Assembly (NCBI GenBank): GCA_964247055.1
Contig: OZ176054.1
Location: forward strand, 3,534,001-3,598,000
Direction: 5' to 3'
Origin: Paragordius varius
Lineage: Eukaryota > Animalia > Nematomorpha
Length of the DNA: 64,000 nucleotides
The notes below the pieces were generated by a model. The model was not told the DNA's origin. It was given only the letters and a program-made list of their open reading frames with translations, and searched no databases. This document shows positions 52,301 through 64,000 of the stretch, one piece after another. The translations under genes were made by a program, and so were the position numbers. Numbering within the stretch: the stretch's first letter is position 1; every line of letters starts with the position of its first letter.

Positions 52301-54965
52301 TTCTTATGCGCGTTAAATTTACTGTATGTAGATCAGGATAGTTTTTATCTAACCACCATATACATAATGATTTTTGCCTACTTTATTTATTATTCCATTA
52401 TGTATTGGAAATTTTTATATTATGTAACAATTTTTGTCCGTGAAAAAAAAGACTCGTTTCAAACGTGCCATGAATGAAAATGCCGATTTACGGGAACGAA
52501 ATGATAGGCTTGAACACCTTATAACATTGCTCGAGGGTGAAAGCGAATGCATAGGTGAATACATAGCCATATACCATGCCCAAAGAAACCGGATGAAAGA
52601 ACAAAGTCGAGCTCGTGACCATTATATTATGCATATTGCGGACAGTCAGAAAAAGACAAAAGTAGTACACTATAACTATAATAGCAATAATTTCAGATTA
52701 CCTAATACTTGATAAGTTTTATTTAAAAAATAATATATGGATGGATGGATCTCTGTTGTCAAGGGGTCCCTTGGCATCCCGTCGTGACGGGGTTTAGGTG
52801 TTTGATCATTGCATTGAAGGAATTTTTGTTTAACCAGTCCCCGGCTTTTATGTTTTTGGACTGTAGGTCTTGGGTAATGTTTTTGTCCCATGTTATTGCT
52901 GGACGACCAACTCTGTTTTGTTTGTTTGGCTTAAGGTTTGTTATATTTTTAATCCAATTATCGTTATCTAATCTTTGAATGTGACCGTAATAGCCAAGTC
53001 TACGGATTTGAATATATTTTGAGATTGGTAGGATTTGTTTATCATGAGAGATTGTTCGCTTAAATGTATTTATCATTCTTTGTTCCATATTACCCAGCAT
53101 ATTTTCCTGTGTTTTATATTTGCCATGTTTCGCAAGCATAAGTTATAGTGGGTCTAACGCCAATTAGGTATATTTTGTTTTTTGTTTTTGTAGATATGTG
53201 TTTATTGGTAAATATGTATTTATATTGGTTGTATCTACCCCAACCAATTCTTATGCGATTTTTGATGGCTTCAGATGAACCTCCTTGAGCGGAAATGGTA
53301 TCACCAAGGTAGGTAAACTTTTGTACTTTTTGAATTTCGCTGTCACCTATTTTAAGGTAGGTTTCAGCTTCTATGGGTGGAATATATTGTTTGGATAGAG
53401 TACATGGGGGGCATATATAATTATTATTATTTTTTAAAGTTCCCTTTAATCCCGAACATGGTTTGTGTAACCAGTATTGACACTTAGTGCATTGGATGGA
53501 GTTTAGACCTACATTTTTTAGGCATGCGCGGCATGGGTATTTGATTTGATTGGTTTTTTTGTCGCCTGTTATCATAACCTTAGTTTTATGAATGTTGATT
53601 GTGAGACCATGTCGCTCAAGGCAGGTTTTCCAGAGTTTGAACTTTTGGCTGAGTTCGTTTAGATTTTCTGACGTTAACAATAAATCATCAGCGTAGATGA
53701 GCTCCCAAGGAAGACCAGTACGGATCTCATCACTGATGGTGTCTATTATTATGGTGAATAGAAGGGGGCTAAGAACAGAACCTTGGTGTAGTCCTGTTGT
53801 GATGTGGAATGGAATTGTGTACCCGAAATGTGTGTTAACACAGGTTTTACTGTTATCATATAATAACTTTATTGCATCTATGATCCATTTGTCTACTCCT
53901 TTTTTTTGAAGACACCAGAAAATGAGCGTTCGAGGGATTTTATCGAACGCTTTCTCTATGTCAATAAATAGATGGTATAATTGGCTTCCTTTAGAAAGAT
54001 AGTTTTCTTGAAGGCGCCTTAATATAAATATGGGGTCTGTTGTGCTGCAGCCTTGACGGAAGGCAAACTGCATGTTGTCAATATTAATTATGTCCCTTAT
54101 TTTCTGAGCTAAAATTGATTCAAAAACTTTCATAGTATGTTCTAGTAGTTTAATTGGACGATATGACGCGCAATTAAGTTTATTTCCTTTATTTTTGTAG
54201 ATTGGAACCGTTATACTATACCTTAATTATTTAAAACTATAAGTAAAGCGTAATCACTATATTAAGATTTGTTATTGTTGGTGAATTACCAAATAATTCA
54301 ATGAATAATTGTTTAAAACTATAAGTAAAGCGTAATCACTATATTAAGATTTGTTATTGTTGGTGAGTTACCAAATAATTCAATGAATTCGATATTTTAT
54401 TAAAATATAATACACTTCTTTTAAATTATTTGTTTTCACTTGTGTTTAGAAAGCGCTGATTCATTTGAAAGAACTTTTACATGTTCCTGGATTATTTACA
54501 TCGAATAATTCTAAGAATAATAAAACTACCGATTCCATAGAAGTTACAACTCCTAATATTGAATTGCTAAGTCGTACGCTAGAAAGAATAAAAACTTTTT
54601 ATGGGCACATTATTGAACCACTTATACCTATCTTAGATTATCCCTTCAATACTTATGACATTGACACTAAAAATAATAATGTAAAAGAAGAAAATATTGA
54701 AGATACTTTATGTTTAGAAAACGGCCCATTGAATGGCAAAGATAATTATCTAAACCATATTGATTCCAATAATTTATTTAATAATGCATCTCTCAATAAA
54801 GGCGAGGGTGGTGGATTATCTTCATTGTTTTTTGAAAAGGGACATTTTTCCGATAATGTTAATGAAACTTCTACGTTCCCAACTTTTCAAGAGTATCACA
54901 AGGCAGCACAGCGCGATCAAAACCCCAATTGTAAATGCTGTCAGGGGCGGTTAAAAACTTTATAA
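49348..54965 (+). CDS. GOLGA2: Golgin subfamily A member 2 (GM130)-like, compact (~490 aa as modelled)
   Basis: Exons 49348-49452, ~49522-49628, 49717-50092, 51825-51980, 52452-52661, 54450-54965. N-terminal MEERLEKIAAAKLKLEALRKQRSP resembles the GM130 basic p115-binding motif. AFEQLETRFKRAMNENADLRERNDRLEH...GESECIGEYIAIYHAQR matches the GOLGA2 C-terminal coiled coil. C-terminus CKCCQGRLKTL resembles invertebrate GM130 tails. Exon 2 boundaries uncertain. Confidence 0.82.
50139..50635. mobile_element. Decayed hAT-like MITE
   Basis: CAGGGTTTTTTACA at left and TGTAAAGCCCT at right, with several internal AACCG/CGGTT motifs. No TSD confirmed. Confidence 0.4.
52737..54220 (-). mobile_element. 5'-truncated RTE-type LINE with RT ORF containing a PHD-like finger
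   Basis: 339-aa ORF with FIDIEKAFD, GLHQGSVLSPLLF, LPWELIYADD, FTYLG, TYACETW; one frameshift into the C-terminal ORF (LGYYGH, GRPAITW). (TCCA)n tail at 52737-52750. Confidence 0.93.
54224..54387. repeat. 82-bp tandem duplication (2 copies, 2 mismatches)
   Basis: 54224-54305 versus 54306-54387 are directly comparable. Confidence 0.92.
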
Positions 54966-55381
54966 ATTGAGAAACCAAAGTTTGCAAAAAATTGATTTTC
55001 TCACAATATTTTTATTACAAATTTGTTATATAAAAATTGCATTTTTTATCTATATTGATTGATATTATATTATGTAACTTATTTATCAATTTATATTCAC
55101 GGTGATGGATTTGTTTTCTTTACTACATCGCTCATGAGTGCTAATAATAGAGATTTATAATAATGTGAATAATCTGCAATGCGAATATATTATTATTTAG
55201 CATATAAATATGTAAATTTTCCTAATGTCTTTCAAAAGATTTATGCAAAATATATTTTTATTGATATCGCACCAAATTATTTAATAGCTCATTGAAATAA
55301 ACGACTTGATTACATAATATATTTTGAAATTACAATTATTTAGTTTTCTAATATATTTATATTTAGGGGTACGATTCATAC

Positions 55382-58286
55382 TTCATAAATCTATAAATAA
55401 GACCATAAAAATAACACAATCTAACTAATTCTCGCTATAATTTATATAGTTTACTGGATTATTTTTGGATAGTATATTATAATACTGTTTTTTATAGGCT
55501 ACTATTAATTAAAATTCCTAAAAATTTTATGTTATTTTAATTACTTTTTATATTAAAGTGATATAATATTTTCATTATATATTAAGTATATATAAAATAA
55601 TATTTAAAAATCAATAATTACTATTTCAGAATGATTTTCTGGGGCCGGAGAGTTTAGAAAATAATTTATCCCGATTGCATTTTTTTGATATTATTTAAAA
55701 TTAGGCTTAATTTTAAATTAATAATGAAAATAAAATTAAACTCTTAACTAGTTTAATAATTTTTAAGTTAATAATGCATCAATTTATTTAATACTATTGA
55801 TAATTCATTCCTTTTTCATTGTTTTGTCCTAGATTACCTTTTGGGCTACTTTTAAATCCAAGAGCTCAATTTCGTAAACAAACTACAGTTTTTAAAGTTA
55901 GTTTATTTAAAATTTTATCATCAAACATTTTTCTCATGTATTAGCTAAAAAAGCTTACTTTTATGACTTCGAAAGTCTAAAATGGCAGTTCCAAAACACG
56001 ATTGAAACGAATAGCAGACATGATTATCAAAATATTTTAAGTTTTTGCTGGTGAAGTGATGCTTGAAAGCTGCTTAAATTAAATTATTTACATTTAATTT
56101 GCCGGTTGCATTAGCCATTTAAAAAAATTTATAGAAAAAAATGGCGGCAAAATAATTTGAGATGAGGATTTTTTTACAACTTTACATAAAAAAATTTTTT
56201 ATAACACCAGACAACAAATTTTTATTTTTTTAAGTGCCATTCTTGTATATTTAAAATTCGTTTTATTCAAGTAGATAGATAGTATATGAAAAAAAATTGG
56301 TCTCACACTCAATTTGCCCGCGATTTAACATTAAATTCGAAATTAAAATGAAAAATTTTTGATAGAGCCATGTATTTTAAATCATTGGAAAGAACGCGAA
56401 AGACTTAACCTTTCGAATATTTAAATCAATCTGATGTAAAAGTTATTTGGCTTTTTATATGGTAAAAATTTTCAACACTTACATAAATCAAAATCACAAA
56501 CTAATTAAAAAATCATATAAAGAATTATAATATAATTATTGAGGTTACATTATTATTATATTTAAAAATCTTTTAAAGGGTTTTGTGCTTTTTTGATAAA
56601 AATTATTATTATCAAATTATTTTACATAGTGGATACTAAATGCATAGTTATAACTGTAAATTTATTACATAATGGTTATAAAATAATAAAAATACCCTAA
56701 GCTATATCCTAAGTCTATAAATTTTTGAAATTATAAGCTCTCTAAAGAAAATAAATTATTTATTATGTAAATTCTTAAAAATCAAAAAAAAACTTAAAAA
56801 TGACTGTTTTGAATGAAAAGCAATAACTATTTTAATAAAAAAACTTCCTTGTGCATTTTTTTTGATCATTCATTGCCATTTACACAAAGTTTAAACTATT
56901 TTCATCCATTAGTTTTAAAAATATATTAATTAAAAAAACTTTCTCGCTGCTCGCGTTTGTCGCTTCCTATGTCCAATATTAGCTATCGATGTAATCCATA
57001 TTAGTATGCATTTTATACAGTTTTCATTACTCTTTCGAATGATGTATTACAAATGGGCATCTGTGGTTTAAAAGAAAACATTTTTTAGTAGATTTTGATA
57101 AAGAGGCGCATAATTATAAAAAATCATATTATACAAAATGATGGAATTATAATTTTTATTTCAGATTCACTGTGAAAATGATATACCAGAAAATGCAAAA
57201 ACTCGAGTGGCCGAAAAATTTATTTTCTAGTGTAATGCGCGTAGGCTAAAGAGAGCATATTTTTTTAATTCGGCTTAATACTTTATAAATCATTTTAAGG
57301 TATTCAAATTTCAAAGCGCTCACGTAAAATAAAAAACTACCTCAAAAAATATAATGCTAAACGCAGCTTTCAATATTTTAGCGTATTTAGCACTATCTTA
57401 CTATTTTACTAACAAAATCAAAATTATTTTAAAAATACAAATTAAAATTATGATAGATAAAATTGTTTTTGAATGGTAAAAACACTTCATAATAAATACA
57501 CGATGGGTAGTTTTCGACCTCAGATAAAGTAGTAATTACTGTTTTTAAAGTTTTTTTACCTTATTGGTTATATTCAATAGCAGAAAAAATGCAAAATTCT
57601 TACAGTTGTTAAATTTCTAGCCAGATTTAGATAACTCCAAAACACGATTGAAACGAATGGTTGATCTTAGAATCAATAAATTTATTTATAAATTGATTAT
57701 TTAACGCTTTCCAATTTTATTTCTGAACCTTAATATACAGTAATTTACCGGTGTATTCAAATTTTTTAAAAATTTAAAAAAAATAATAGCGACGAAAAAG
57801 TTTGAAATAAGGATTTTTTACAATTCATTTTTTAAAAAAAATTTTATTAAGCGAAAAGCGAGCATATTTTTAAATTTGACCCTATGATAATTTTTTTAAA
57901 TATTAGGTTTCTAAATTTAATAAAATATTTGGTAACTCAAGAATATGATGTAAATTTTGCAATTATTATTTTTTTATTTAGGATTGAATAACCTGTTATT
58001 GTTCTCATACTTTTTACATACACATATTATTTATCACCGAAATACTAATCATATATATGAATTTCATTTGTTAGAAGCAGTAGGAACTTGTTTATCCATA
58101 TTATGAGTGATATTTGATAACAAATTTTGAAAATCATATATAATGCACTTAAAGAGATAAATTTCCAACTTACCTTTTTTTTATAATAGAAAATCTGGGC
58201 GGAATTCCACCCCAATACCAAAAGGTTGCATAATTTGATAGCCAACTATAACGCTTGGCTCTGTCGTTAGCCTCCCGGTATTTCAT
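55382..58286 (-). CDS. Tentative small multi-exon gene divergent from ZSWIM8 (product unknown)
   Basis: ATG at 58286 opens 37 stop-free codons ending at a consensus donor AG|GTAAGT (58174). Further candidate GT-AG exons: 55882-55838 (FVYEIELLDLKVAQK) and 55434-55382 (RELVRLCYFYGLIYRFM). The full exon chain is not resolved. Confidence 0.3.
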
Positions 58287-58495
58287 TATTTGTTAAATCT
58301 AATAATTTTATTTTACAATAATTACATTTTAGAATGCATAAAGGTAAATAAAATTTTAATTTTGTGGGTAATGGTACTTAAAAAATAAACCAGGTGAAAT
58401 GGCATTTTCTTGTTTAACCTCTTTATTTATATTTATACCAATTTTTTGGCTTTTATTTGAATAAACTTTAATATTTTATGGCTTAAATCCGAATC

Positions 58496-63560
<5,065 letters not shown>

Positions 63561-64000
63561 GTAATAGTTTAATCATTCAAACTTAATTCAACTACAAAAT
63601 AATTAACACCTTCATATATATGATTTTAATTAGGTATATTTATTTAAAATGTTCAAAAATAGAATCTTAAATCAATTTTTGCAAAAAGGGGTTTAATTTT
63701 GAATAATATGATTATAAAGTAGCATAATACTTTATTCTTTTTTTGCATTTTAAATTTTTTTAAAATAGTTTTATCAAATTGTATTAAAATTATTAATCTG
63801 ATACAAGAGCCTTTTTTGTTAATAATTAAATATTATATTAGAATTGAAATATAATATATTTTTATTTAAAATCTATACGATAAATTAAAATGGATTTTCT
63901 GTAAATTATTTATTCGTTTGGACAAAAATACAGAGAAAAGTGGCAGACGATATGGACATGGTTAATTTTAATATGTTTATTTACCATATCATTTGCTTTC

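Noticed and set aside
52719-54236. TTATTTAAAA as TSD of the GM130-intron LINE
   Set aside because: Low-complexity AT motif and not directly adjacent to both element ends.

Overview
AT-rich eukaryotic (animal) genomic DNA with GT-AG spliceosomal introns. I recognised no prokaryotic features, rRNA, tRNA or CRISPR. Five multi-exon genes were reconstructed by hand by checking splice sites and reading phase. (1) A ~1550-aa K/R/S/D/N-rich protein with an RS-like C-terminus and no recognisable domain (minus strand, ~4.7-20.7 kb). (2) A KLF10/11 (TIEG/cabut)-type transcription factor (26.0-28.0 kb). (3) Casein kinase 1 gamma (33.7-41.7 kb). (4) A compact GM130/GOLGA2 golgin (49.3-55.0 kb). (5) The 5' part of ZSWIM8 (58.5 kb to window end). 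Introns and intergenic DNA hold four RTE-type LINE copies, several MITE families (hAT-like with perfect 8-bp TSDs, TA-flanked, piggyBac-like), a nested foldback element and a ~160/320-bp tandem array. The most notable observations are large insertions inside conserved folds (the ZSWIM8 SWIM finger and two loops of the CK1-gamma kinase), a PHD finger inside a LINE reverse transcriptase, a LINE with a long inverted duplication, two MITE families sharing a 21-bp subterminal repeat, and a possible hidden minus-strand gene head-to-head with ZSWIM8. Family assignments come from remembered motifs; no database searches were run.
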